A stretch of 64,000 nt of DNA, taken from positions 75,964-139,963 of the forward strand of contig CAWCQV010000029.1 of NCBI GenBank assembly GCA_963797775.1, in the 5' to 3' direction. Both the position numbers and the translations under genes were made by a program. The notes beneath the pieces are model-generated. The model was not told where the DNA came from, searched no databases, and was given only the letters and a program-made list of their open reading frames with translations. Below are positions 1 through 9,283 of the stretch, piece by piece. This DNA comes from an uncultured Alphaproteobacteria bacterium. GTDB taxonomy: Bacteria > Pseudomonadota > Alphaproteobacteria > Rhizobiales > Xanthobacteraceae. Numbering within the stretch: the stretch's first letter is position 1; the number at the start of each line of letters is the position of its first letter.

Positions 1-242
1 CCGCGCGCCGCGATCATTTCCGGCGGCAGCCGCGTCACCGGCGTGCCGAACACTTCGACGCTGCCGGCGCGCGGCGGCAGGAGCCCGACGCTGACATTCA
101 TGCAGGTCGACTTGCCGGCGCCGTTTCGGCCAAGGAGGCCGAGCAACCTGCCCTCGCCGAGCGCAAACGACACTTGCTGCAGCACGTGGCTGTCGCCGTA
201 GAAGGCATCGATGCCGGTAAGCTTGAGCGCGCTATTCGCCAA
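1..242 (-). CDS. livF: HAAT-family (branched-chain amino acid type) ABC transporter ATP-binding protein, LivF-like; C-terminus outside window
   Basis: The reverse strand of 1-242 translates to (M)ANSALKLTGIDAFYGDSHVLQQVSFALGEGRLLGLLGRNGAGKSTCMNV..., with Walker A GRNGAGKS. A candidate TTG start at 242 overlaps the livG stop. It is the last gene of the livH-M-G-F order. Confidence 0.8.
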   Translation of the reverse strand, partial: MANSALKLTGIDAFYGDSHVLQQVSFALGEGRLLGLLGRNGAGKSTCMNVSVGLLPPRAGSVEVFGTPVTRLPPEMIAAR

Positions 243-969
243 GATAGACCTCCCGCGTGCGCGGATCGGCCACCACTTCAGCCCGGGTGCCCTCGACGAT
301 CACCTCGCCGAAATGCAAAAGCGTGATGCGGTCGGCAAGATCGAGCGCCGTGTCCATGTCGTGTTCGATCATCACGATGGTGACGTCGCGCGGAATGGCG
401 GCGAGAAGCTTGCGCACGTCCTGCCGCTCGTCGATCGAAAGGCCGGCGAACGGCTCGTCGAGCAGCAGCACTTTCGGATTCTGCGCCAGCGCCATGGCGA
501 TCTCAACCCGCCGCCGTTCGCCGTACGACGTCTGCGCCAGTGACCGCGCGGCGAGATGGTCGAGGCCGACGCGCTTGAGCGCCTCGCGGCCTTGCGCGGC
601 CAGATGATACTGGCGGTCGAGCGCGACCAGCGGATTCCAGCGCAGCGGCGACAGGCCGAGCAAAGCCAGCGTCACATTGCGTTCTATGGTGTCGCGCGCA
701 AACAGCGTGATGATCTGATAGGTCCGCGCCATCCCGAGATGCGTGCGCTTGCGGCTCGGCATCCGAGTGATGTCGCGGCCGAATAGCGCCACCGATCCGC
801 CGTCGGGCGCAATCTCGCCGGTGATGAGGTTGAACAAAGTGGTCTTGCCGGCGCCGTTCGGGCCGATAATCAACCGGCGTTCACCCGCCTCGACATTGAG
901 GTTGACGTTGGTGGTGACGCGCAGTCCGCCGAACGATTTGTTGAGGTCGGTGACGACAAGCGCGGTCAT
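232..969 (-). CDS. livG: HAAT-family ABC transporter ATP-binding protein, LivG-like
   Basis: Walker A GPNGAGKTT, signature LSYGERRRVEIAMAL and Walker B LLLDEP are present. The ATG at 969 forms an ATGA overlap with the stop of the upstream permease. The track ORF start at 1023 looks over-extended. Confidence 0.9.
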   Translation of the reverse strand: MTALVVTDLNKSFGGLRVTTNVNLNVEAGERRLIIGPNGAGKTTLFNLITGEIAPDGGSVALFGRDITRMPSRKRTHLGMARTYQIITLFARDTIERNVTLALLGLSPLRWNPLVALDRQYHLAAQGREALKRVGLDHLAARSLAQTSYGERRRVEIAMALAQNPKVLLLDEPFAGLSIDERQDVRKLLAAIPRDVTIVMIEHDMDTALDLADRITLLHFGEVIVEGTRAEVVADPRTREVYLGE

Positions 970-1994
970 TGCTGCGGCCCCGCGGTCACGGCTGCGGCTT
1001 TCTGCCGGTTCGCCGCGCGCCACGCCGAGCGGGTAAGCCGCACCGCGCCGGGCACCAGGCCTTCCGGCATGAACACGACGATGGCGACGAAGATGGCGCC
1101 GAGCATGAAATTCCAGCGCGTGATATAGGCGCTCACCACATTCTTCACGATGACGACCAGCGCCGCGCCGACGACCGGTCCGAGGAGCGTTCCGGCGCCG
1201 CCCGAGATCACCATCAGCAGGGCCTCCGCCGAGGCGGTCAGCGCCAGCGCCTGCGGGCTGATGAACTCGGTGTAATAGACGAACAGAATGCCGGCGACGG
1301 CGGTCAGCAGGCCGGAGAACATGAAGGCCCAGAACCGGATCATCCAGACGTGAAAGCCGAGCGCATTCATGCGGCGCGGCTGGTCGCGGGTGCCGGCAAG
1401 CGCGGCGCCGAACGGCGAGCGTACGAAGACCGCCACCGCGGCGAGCGCAAACAAAAACACCACCAGCGTGGCGTTGTAGAAGGCGCTTGGCGAATTGAGC
1501 GACAGCCCGAACGGCGCCGGCCGTGTCGACACGCTGATGCCGTTGTCGCCTCCGGTAATGCTGATCCAGCGATAAGCGAGCCCCCAGATGATCTCGCCGA
1601 GCGCGAGCGTGATCATGATGAAGCTGATGCCGGTCGCGCGTAGCGCCAGCGCGGCAAAGCCGGCCGTAGCCGCAAGCGTCGCAACGAGCGCGGCGACGAT
1701 CGCAACCGCGTGGCCGTGCCCGGCGGCCAGCAGATAGGCATCGACATAGGCCGCGACGCCGAACAATCCGGCATGGCCGAGCGACACCAATCCGGCATAG
1801 CCGACGAGCACATTGAGACCCAGCGCGAACACGGCGTAGAGCAGGATCTGGCTGGCAATATTGACGTAATAGACCTGCGTGATGACGTAAGGCACCGCGA
1901 TCAGCGCCAGGATGGCGATGGCGACGGCAGCGCGCCGCGCGATCAAGGCGCCCGTCACGGGTTTATCCTTTGCAACTGCCGCCGGACTGTTCAC
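966..1994 (-). CDS. livM: Branched-chain amino acid type ABC transporter permease, LivM-like
   Basis: 342-aa polytopic hydrophobic protein lying between the LivH-like permease and the LivG-like ATPase. It has 4-nt overlaps with both neighbours. Confidence 0.85.
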   Translation of the reverse strand: MNSPAAVAKDKPVTGALIARRAAVAIAILALIAVPYVITQVYYVNIASQILLYAVFALGLNVLVGYAGLVSLGHAGLFGVAAYVDAYLLAAGHGHAVAIVAALVATLAATAGFAALALRATGISFIMITLALGEIIWGLAYRWISITGGDNGISVSTRPAPFGLSLNSPSAFYNATLVVFLFALAAVAVFVRSPFGAALAGTRDQPRRMNALGFHVWMIRFWAFMFSGLLTAVAGILFVYYTEFISPQALALTASAEALLMVISGGAGTLLGPVVGAALVVIVKNVVSAYITRWNFMLGAIFVAIVVFMPEGLVPGAVRLTRSAWRAANRQKAAAVTAGPQQ

Positions 1995-2863
1995 AGGATC
2001 TGGCCTCCGAACAGACCCTGCGGGCGGAGCACCAGCACGAGCACCATCGGCAGGAACAAAACGAAATAGGCGAGTTCGGGCAACAGCGCCTGTCCAAAAT
2101 TGTAGATGAAGCCGATGATGATGCTGCCGACGAAAGAGCCAAGCAGGCTTCCGGTGCCGCCGAGGATTACGACCACCAGCGCAAGCGGCAGCATGTCTTG
2201 GTCGAGACCGGGGTAGACCGACAGGATCGGGCCTCCGATCATCCCGGCGAAGCCCGCCAAGCCGGCGCCGAGCGCAAACACCACGGTGAAGAGCTGCGAG
2301 ACGCGGATGCCGACGACGCGCGCCATCTGCGGGTCATCGACGCCGGCGCGGATCATGGCGCCGAGCCGCGTACGTTCGAGCATGAGCCACAGCGCGATCG
2401 CGAACACCACCGCGATGCCGATGACCGCCATCCGGTACAGCGGAAACACCGCTCCGGCAAAGCGGATGAAGCCGGCTAGACCGGGCGGCGTCGCCACTGA
2501 AATCGGATCGCCGCCCCACGCCATCAGGCAGAGATCGGCGGCCATGAAGGAAACGCCCAGCGTCACCAGCACTTGCGCCAATTGCTGACCAGCAAGCCGG
2601 CGCAGTAAAAGGCGCTCCATCAATGCGCCCAGGACTGCAACCTCAAGCGCACCGATGACCGCGGCCAACCAGAAATTCAACGTAAATCCCAGCGCCCCGG
2701 ACAGGTACGTCGTGCCCAGATAGGCGCCGGCCATGAACATCGAGCCATGCGTCAGATTGGGGATGCGCATCAGCCCGAAGATCAATGAAAATCCGGCCGA
2801 CAATAAAAACAACAGGCCGCCGAACGTCACGCTGTTGACGGTAAGCAGCAGCCAAAATGTCAT
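1991..2863 (-). CDS. livH: Branched-chain amino acid type ABC transporter permease, LivH-like
   Basis: 290-aa polytopic membrane protein, first permease gene of the operon. Typical LivH size and position. Confidence 0.85.
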   Translation of the reverse strand: MTFWLLLTVNSVTFGGLLFLLSAGFSLIFGLMRIPNLTHGSMFMAGAYLGTTYLSGALGFTLNFWLAAVIGALEVAVLGALMERLLLRRLAGQQLAQVLVTLGVSFMAADLCLMAWGGDPISVATPPGLAGFIRFAGAVFPLYRMAVIGIAVVFAIALWLMLERTRLGAMIRAGVDDPQMARVVGIRVSQLFTVVFALGAGLAGFAGMIGGPILSVYPGLDQDMLPLALVVVILGGTGSLLGSFVGSIIIGFIYNFGQALLPELAYFVLFLPMVLVLVLRPQGLFGGQIL

Positions 2864-2957
2864 ACCCGCTGCCCCTCCGCGTCCCAGCTACGCTGGATTG
2901 ATTTTGTAACCTGGATTGCGCAAAGTGCAATCCAGGCGGCGCTCAGATGACGCGATT

Positions 2958-4214
2958 TCAACACTTAGTCAGCGGCGGATAGTCGCGCGAATAGACCGGG
3001 TGGACGAGGAATTCCTGTTCCGGCCAGGTCCAGAACTGGCTGACGTTCTCGTAGGTGTGGATGGTCTTATTCCAGAGTTTGAGCCCGTATTTGGCGCCCT
3101 CTTTGACGACGCGCCGGATGTAGATGTTGCCGATCACGTTGTTGAGGTGGTCGAACTTGATCGGACCGCGCGGCGTATCCGTGAGGCTTACAGATTTGAG
3201 CACGGCCATGAACTTTTCTTTGTCGCTTGAGTCGCCGCCGGCCGCCGTCAGGCCGGCGTCCAACACCTGGCAATTGCCGTAGAGCAACGCCGCATATTGG
3301 CCCGGAATGGCGTCGTAATTCTTCAGCATGCCGTCGACGAAGCGCTGGTTGGCGTCGCTTTCGAGATCGAGCGTGTAGGGAGCGGCACTGACCAGTCCGA
3401 GCGCCTCGTCGCCGAAGCTCTTGAGCAGGAAATCGTCGGCGCCAGCTTCTCCGGCGACGACCGGGTATTTCAGCCCGGCGCTGGCATATTGCTTCATAAA
3501 GCGCAGCGGGTTCGAACCGGCAAAGCCCTGGCAGACGCCGTCGCAATCGTTGATCTGGGCGAGATAGGGCGTGTAGTCGGGCGTCACCAACGGCGGCCAC
3601 AATTTATTGACGACGCAGCCGCCATTCTTCGCAAACGATGCCTGAAACCCGCCCATCTGCTCGTAGCCGAAGGCGAAGTCCTCGGTGATGGTAACGACGC
3701 GTTTGAGCTTCAGTTCGGTCGCCGCATAGTGACCGAGAGGCTGGGTCGCCTGCGATGACGTTGCCGATGCGCGCAACAGGTAGGGATTCGGCGTGCGTTG
3801 GGTCAAATTATCGGCCGCCGCGAGGCTGAGCGTCGGCATCTTTCTCTCGATAACATATGCGCTGATGGCATAGAGTTCAAAGGCGGCGAGTGGACCGAGG
3901 ATTACATCGACCCCGTCGCGCTCGACCAGTTCTTGCGCTTTGGTCTTGGCTCCGGCCGGATTTCCGCCGGTGTCGGCCGATATGAAGTCGACCTTGCGGC
4001 CGCCCAACGTGTGGTTCTTCTCCTTCAGGTAAGTGAGCACGCCCTGCTCCATCAGGATGCCGCCCGCAGCGAGCGGGCCGGTCTTGACGCAAAGCAGTCC
4101 GAGTTTGAACGGCGCAGCCTGGGCGAGAGCGGGCGCCGGGAAACGGGTCAATGCGGCGGCGCCGGCCACCGCGGTGCCGGCGAGTAGCGTGCGGCGGCTC
4201 ATTCTGCAAGACAT
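2958..4214 (-). CDS. ABC transporter substrate-binding protein (LivK/Peripla_BP_6-like), Tat signal, paralog 1
   Basis: 418 aa. N-terminus MSCRMSRRTLLAGTAVAGAAALTRFPAPALAQA has a twin-arginine motif and an AxA cleavage site. GGAGG lies 8 nt upstream of the ATG. It sits next to livHMGF. Confidence 0.9.
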   Translation of the reverse strand: MSCRMSRRTLLAGTAVAGAAALTRFPAPALAQAAPFKLGLLCVKTGPLAAGGILMEQGVLTYLKEKNHTLGGRKVDFISADTGGNPAGAKTKAQELVERDGVDVILGPLAAFELYAISAYVIERKMPTLSLAAADNLTQRTPNPYLLRASATSSQATQPLGHYAATELKLKRVVTITEDFAFGYEQMGGFQASFAKNGGCVVNKLWPPLVTPDYTPYLAQINDCDGVCQGFAGSNPLRFMKQYASAGLKYPVVAGEAGADDFLLKSFGDEALGLVSAAPYTLDLESDANQRFVDGMLKNYDAIPGQYAALLYGNCQVLDAGLTAAGGDSSDKEKFMAVLKSVSLTDTPRGPIKFDHLNNVIGNIYIRRVVKEGAKYGLKLWNKTIHTYENVSQFWTWPEQEFLVHPVYSRDYPPLTKC

Positions 4215-4341
4215 GGCATTTTCCTCCCATCAACGGTCATGCTGCGCGGAGGTGGAGCATCCAGCATTCACCGCGGTCCGTCCATGACGGCTCTGCCGGC
4301 GCATAATGGATCATCCGCATGCGCGGATGACGACAAGAACC

Positions 4342-5628
4342 TCAGCACTTGGTCAGCGGCGGATAATCGCGCGAATAGACCGGATGGGAGAGGTATTCCT
4401 GTTCGGGCCAGATCCAGAATTGACTTACGTTCTCGTAAGTCTTGATGGTCTTGTTCCAAAGCTTGAGTCCGTATTTGGCGCCCTCCGTGCCGAGACGGCG
4501 GACATAAACGTTGCCGACCACGTTGTTGAGGTGATCGAACTTGACCGGTCCGCGTGGAGAATCGGGCAGGCTCACCCCTTTCAACGCCATCATGAATTTT
4601 TCTTTGTCGCTGGCATCGCCGCCAGCCGCTTTGAGACCCGCATCGACCACCATGCAATTGACGTAGAGACCGGCGGCGTAGAAACCGGGAATGACGTCGT
4701 AGTCCTTCCTGATCTCGTCGACGAATTTCTGGTTGGCTGCGCTCTCGTTGTCGAGCGTATAGGGGCAGCAAGAAACCAAGCCGAGCGCCTCATCGCCGAA
4801 GCTCTTGAGCAAAGCATCGTCGGCGCCGGTCTCGCCCGTCACCACCGGATACTTCAATCCGGCGCTGGCATAGGCCTTCATGAAGCGCAGCGGGTTCGAT
4901 CCGGCAAAGCCCTGGCAGACGCCGTCGCAATCGCTGATCTGGGCGATGTAGGGTGTATAGTCCGGCGTGACGATCGGCGGCCAAAGCTTATTGACGACGC
5001 AGCCGCCGTCCTTCTGGAACGCGGCCTGGAAGCCGCCCATCTGCTCGTAGCCGAACGCGAAGTCTTCGACGATGGTGAAGACGCGCTTGAGCTTCAATTC
5101 GGTCGCGGCGTAGTGCCCCATGGGATGCATCGCCTGCGACGAAGTCGCCGACGCACGCAACAGGAATGGATTCTGTTTGCGTTGCGTGAGGTCGTCCGCC
5201 GCCGCCAGGCTGAGCGTCGGCATCTTTTGCTCGCGGATATAATCGTTGACGGCATAGAGCTCGAAGGCCGCCAGCGGGCCGAGGATGACATCGACCCTGT
5301 CGCGCTCGACCAGTTCCTGCGCCTTAGTCTTGGCGCCGGCCGGATTGCCGCCGGTATCGGCGGAGACGAAGTCGACCTTGCGGCCACCCATCGTGTAGTT
5401 GGTTTCCTTGAGATAGGTCAGGACGCCCTGTTCCATCTGAATGCCGCCCTGGGCGAGCGGCCCGGTCTTCACGGCAAGAAGGCCGACCTTGAACGGCGCC
5501 GCCTGCGCCACAGCGGGAGCCGGGAAGCGGGAGAGCGCGGCGGCGGCTCCGGCCGCGGTGCCGGCCAATAGCGCGCGGCGCGAAACCTTGTGTGCGCCGT
5601 CCTTCCGAGACATAAGCTTGCGAGACAT
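4342..5628 (-). CDS. ABC transporter substrate-binding protein, Tat signal, paralog 2
   Basis: 428 aa, collinear and highly similar to 2958-4214. Same SRRALLAG Tat motif and same C-terminal YSRDYPPLTKC. A GGGAGGA RBS is present. Confidence 0.9.
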   Translation of the reverse strand: MSRKLMSRKDGAHKVSRRALLAGTAAGAAAALSRFPAPAVAQAAPFKVGLLAVKTGPLAQGGIQMEQGVLTYLKETNYTMGGRKVDFVSADTGGNPAGAKTKAQELVERDRVDVILGPLAAFELYAVNDYIREQKMPTLSLAAADDLTQRKQNPFLLRASATSSQAMHPMGHYAATELKLKRVFTIVEDFAFGYEQMGGFQAAFQKDGGCVVNKLWPPIVTPDYTPYIAQISDCDGVCQGFAGSNPLRFMKAYASAGLKYPVVTGETGADDALLKSFGDEALGLVSCCPYTLDNESAANQKFVDEIRKDYDVIPGFYAAGLYVNCMVVDAGLKAAGGDASDKEKFMMALKGVSLPDSPRGPVKFDHLNNVVGNVYVRRLGTEGAKYGLKLWNKTIKTYENVSQFWIWPEQEYLSHPVYSRDYPPLTKC

Positions 5629-5781
5629 TTCGTATCCTCCCTTGAGCGCCTGGGCTTCGACGCCGTATCTGCAATGCCGATGCGCTCCCAGCGCAACAAC
5701 CTTTCAACTTTCAGATTATCATTTCGGCAGTCTCGGGCGAAGCCCTCCCTCCCCTGCAAAGTCCGCTATTGTCGCGATTTT

Positions 5782-7040
5782 TCAACACTTCCGCAGCGGC
5801 GGATAGTCGCGCGAGTAGACTGGATGCGCGAGAAACTCGGCTTCCGGCCAAGTCCAGAACTGACTGACGTTTTCATAGGTCTTAACGATCTTATTCCAAA
5901 GCTTTAGGCCGTATTTGGCGCCCTCGGTGCCGCAGCGCCTGATGCAGAACGTGCCGATGACATTGCCCAACTGGTCGAACTTGATCGGACCGCGCGGCGT
6001 GTCGGACAGCTCGACCGCCCGCAGCGCCGCGATGAACTTATCCTTGTCGCCGACGTCGCCGCCGGTCGCTTTGAGACCCGCTTCGATCACCTGGCAATTG
6101 ACGTAGATGCCGGCGGCATAGAAGCCGGGAACGGCGTTGAAATTCTTCAACATCGCGTCGAGAAGCGGTTGTTGCTGGCGCTCTCGAGATCAAGCGAATA
6201 GGGGCAACACGAGACGAGGCCGAGCGCTTCGTTGCCGAAGCTCTTGAGCAAGGCGTCGTCGCCGCCGACCTCTCCTGTGACGACGGGATATTTCAATCCG
6301 GCGTCGGCATAAGCCTTCATGAATCGCAGCGGACTGGAGCCGGCAAAGCCCTGACAGATTCCGTCGCAATCGGTGATTTGCGCAAGATACGGCGTGTAGT
6401 CGGGCGTCACCAAAGGTGGCCACAATTTGCTGACGAGACACCCGCCATCCTTCTCGAAAGCCGCCTGGAAGCCACCGATCTCCTCGTAGCCGAACGACAG
6501 ATCGTCCGCCAGCGTAACGACGCGCGTGAGCTTCATCTCGGTCGCCGCATAGTGACCCAGCGGTTGCATCGCTTGCGAAGACGTCGCCGACGCCCGTATC
6601 AGATACGGATTCGGCGTTCGTTGCGTCAGATTGTCCGCCGCAGCGAGACTGAGCGTCGGCATCTTTTGCTTTTGGACATATTCACTGATCGCATAGAGCT
6701 CGAAGGCGGCCAGCGGTCCGATGATGACGTCGACCTTGTCACGTTCGACCAATTCCTGGATTTTGGTCTTGGCGCCGGCCGGGGCGCCGCCGGTATCGGC
6801 CGATACGAAATCGACCCTGCGGCCGGCCATGGTAAAATTCGTCTCCTTCAAGAAGGTGAGCGCGCCCTGTTCCATCTGGATGCCGCCTTGGGCAAGCGGT
6901 CCAGTCTTGACCGTGAGCAGGCCTATTTTGATCGGGGCGGCCTGTGCAATAGCGGGTGCGGGAAAACTCATCATTGCTGCCGCCGCTCCCGAGGCACTGC
7001 CTGCCAAGAGCGTCCGGCGATTGAACTTGCGCGACATCAA
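5782..7040 (-). pseudogene. ABC transporter substrate-binding protein paralog 3, split by a 1-nt deletion near 6160
   Basis: ORF 6147-7040 matches the N-terminal 290 aa of the paralogs and ends ...NNRFSTRC*. ORF 5782-6153 (MLKNFNAVPGFYAAG...) continues the paralog alignment in another frame. Inserting one base after TTC at about 6160-6161 restores NNRF-xD-AMLKNF. Confidence 0.75.
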
Positions 7041-7122
7041 ATTCTCCTTTGGTCTCGTATTGAACGAGGCCTGTTCTTCTTATCGTAGGTAGCTGTGATT
7101 CAGATGCGGCGCCGTTATACGA

Positions 7123-8958
7123 TCATTTTTTCTTCGGCGGAATGACGGGCAACAGAAGATAAGGTCGCATGCTGCCGCCGAAATGCAGACCGGTGACGCC
7201 CGCAAAAATCTCCGGCGGCCGGTCGCGCGGATCGTCGTGGAGAAACGGTCCACAACCGGTGAGCTCGTTCTTGAAATTGGACAACCGTCCGCCGCTCGGC
7301 CCCGCATAGACGTAGTCCTTGCCGCGGACGGTGAGCGCGATGCGGTAGCCGGCCGGCACAACGATCGACGTCGGCCAGATTTCGACATCGAGCGCGACGA
7401 TCTCGCCATGCTTGAGCGGCGCCCTGTTGATGTGCTTGTGATAGGGCCGGTACGGCCTTGACAGTTTCGTATCAAGCTCACGATGCGAGGCGCGCAGCCA
7501 GCCCTGGCCGACCGGCGTGTGCGGATCGATGGCGCCCTGGAACACCGCCTCCTTGAGGTCGGGCGAGAACACGCGCAACACAACAAAAATATCAGCATCG
7601 CTGGTCGAGGACGAAATAAACAGCTTGACCGCGCAAGGCCCGGTGATTTCCGTCTCGCGCGCAAGCGGCGGGGTGACAAACGTGACGCCGTCGCCCATCG
7701 CGGCAAAACGGATCGCGGCTTTCTTCTCGACCCAGCCCTTCCCTCCCCCGTATGCACGGGACGGTTGGGAGGGGGTGAGCGTCCCGGCGGACGGATCGAG
7801 ATAAAACTTGGTCCATTTGGTGCGCTTGAGCGGCCATTCCCGCTCGGCGCGCGCGACGAAGCGATCGATGTGGCGGACCTGAAGCTGTACCGGCGGTTGC
7901 TTATCCCAGTCGTTTTTCTTGCCATGCAAGAAGCGGTCGAAAAAGCGCAGTTGCAGGTTGCGGCCGTAATCGGTGTAAAAGTGCGTCCAGTGCTCGATGC
8001 CGTGCACTTCGAGCCACTTTTGCTTCGACGCCGCGCGCACATATCCTTCGAAATTGCCGCGCGGATGCAGCGGCTGACCGCCCCAATTGGCCGCCGACAG
8101 AAACGGCACCTTGACCTTCGGCCACACCGGAGAGCGGGCGCGGTGATAGTCGTCGTCGAGCGGATGCGCGGCGATGTCGGCGCCGAAATTGCTGCGGCTT
8201 CTCGCCAGCTCCGCCTCGGACAGAATTTCTGGGCCACAGACGAGTTCGCCGTGTACGCGGCTCCTTTTGCCGCGCTCGCCGGCGCCGTACTGCACGGTCT
8301 TGACCTGCATGTCGTACCAATTTTCCCAGAACGTGCAGAGGATGCCGCCATGATGCGTCATGTCGCGATACCAGTCGGCGGCGCCTTCCCAGATGCACAT
8401 GGCGGCGAGATGCGGCGGCTCGAGGGAGGCAACCTGCCACTGGTTGATGCCGTAATAGGAAATGCCGTTGAGTCCGACCTTGCCGTTCGACCAGGGCTGC
8501 ACGCCGGCCCATTCGATGCAGTCGTAGAAATCCTTGGTCTCGCGTGGCGAGAAATGATCGATAAATCCGGGCGAGCAACCGGCGCCGCGCGAATCGACGC
8601 GCACGCAGGCGTAATCGTGCGGCACCCACTTTTCCGGGTCGACGACTTCCCAGCTTTGATAGAGATTGCTGGAGCCTCTGGTGACGTCGGGATGCTTTTC
8701 CGCCATGCGCGCCCAGGCGCTCGGATAGCCGTCCTGAAAGGCAAGCCCCTTGGCATAGGGGCCGTAGCTCAAAATAGCCGGATAGCGGCCTTCGGCGACG
8801 GGCCGGAACACATCGGCGCGGAGGATCAGCCCGTCGTCCATCGCGATCGGCACATCCCAGTCGATACGCATGCCGTCGCGGATTTCGCTACGCTGCTTGA
8901 GCGTCCTGTGGTCGCCGGCGGCTGCCGCCATCCGCACTTCGCCTTCAAGCGATGACAT
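7123..8958 (-). CDS. CocE/NonD family hydrolase (S15 X-Pro dipeptidyl-peptidase-like acyl esterase)
   Basis: The protein reads ...RIDWDVPIAMDDGLILRADVFRPVAEGRYPAILSYGPYAKG...VRVDSRGAGCSPG... The start is set at MSSLEG (ATG 8958) with GGAGGAAAA upstream. The longer track ORF to 9108 runs into an intergenic repeat. Confidence 0.8.
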   Translation of the reverse strand: MSSLEGEVRMAAAAGDHRTLKQRSEIRDGMRIDWDVPIAMDDGLILRADVFRPVAEGRYPAILSYGPYAKGLAFQDGYPSAWARMAEKHPDVTRGSSNLYQSWEVVDPEKWVPHDYACVRVDSRGAGCSPGFIDHFSPRETKDFYDCIEWAGVQPWSNGKVGLNGISYYGINQWQVASLEPPHLAAMCIWEGAADWYRDMTHHGGILCTFWENWYDMQVKTVQYGAGERGKRSRVHGELVCGPEILSEAELARSRSNFGADIAAHPLDDDYHRARSPVWPKVKVPFLSAANWGGQPLHPRGNFEGYVRAASKQKWLEVHGIEHWTHFYTDYGRNLQLRFFDRFLHGKKNDWDKQPPVQLQVRHIDRFVARAEREWPLKRTKWTKFYLDPSAGTLTPSQPSRAYGGGKGWVEKKAAIRFAAMGDGVTFVTPPLARETEITGPCAVKLFISSSTSDADIFVVLRVFSPDLKEAVFQGAIDPHTPVGQGWLRASHRELDTKLSRPYRPYHKHINRAPLKHGEIVALDVEIWPTSIVVPAGYRIALTVRGKDYVYAGPSGGRLSNFKNELTGCGPFLHDDPRDRPPEIFAGVTGLHFGGSMRPYLLLPVIPPKKK

Positions 8959-8984
8959 TTGCTTTTCCTCCGACTTTCGCGTCG

Positions 8985-9075
8985 TGGCCGGACTCGTCCC
9001 GGCCATCCACGTCTTTTGAAAGGGGATGAGATTAAAGACGTGGATGCCCGGCACAAGGCCGGGCATGACGAATTC
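8985..9075. repeat. REP-like nested-hairpin intergenic repeat
   Basis: A 13-bp stem pairs catccacgtcttt (9004-9016) with aaagacgtggatg (9034-9046). A second stem pairs gcccggc (9046-9052) with gccgggc (9058-9064). It translates to the KDVDARHKAGHDE / PGLVPGIHVF pseudo-peptides typical of this repeat class. Confidence 0.7.
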
Positions 9076-9283
9076 ATGGAGTGGCGCTTTAGTTGCCGGG
9101 GATGGCATCGCGTCTGGGCAAGCTCCTCGGCAACGGGCCCGATCTTTGGATCAATTTTGCAGCGCGCTTATGAACTTGCCATCGCTGAACGCAATCTTGC
9201 GGGCAAGCTCAAAAAAATTCCGACGCTGACGGCGGTGTAGACTTTTTTCTAGCTCTCCCCTTGCATGGGGAGAGGGGAAATTG

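Noticed and set aside
8959-9240. 93-aa plus-strand ORF in the CocE-upstream gap
   Set aside because: Its N-terminal half is the translated REP-like repeat (KDVDARHKAGHDE). It has no RBS and resembles no family I recognise.
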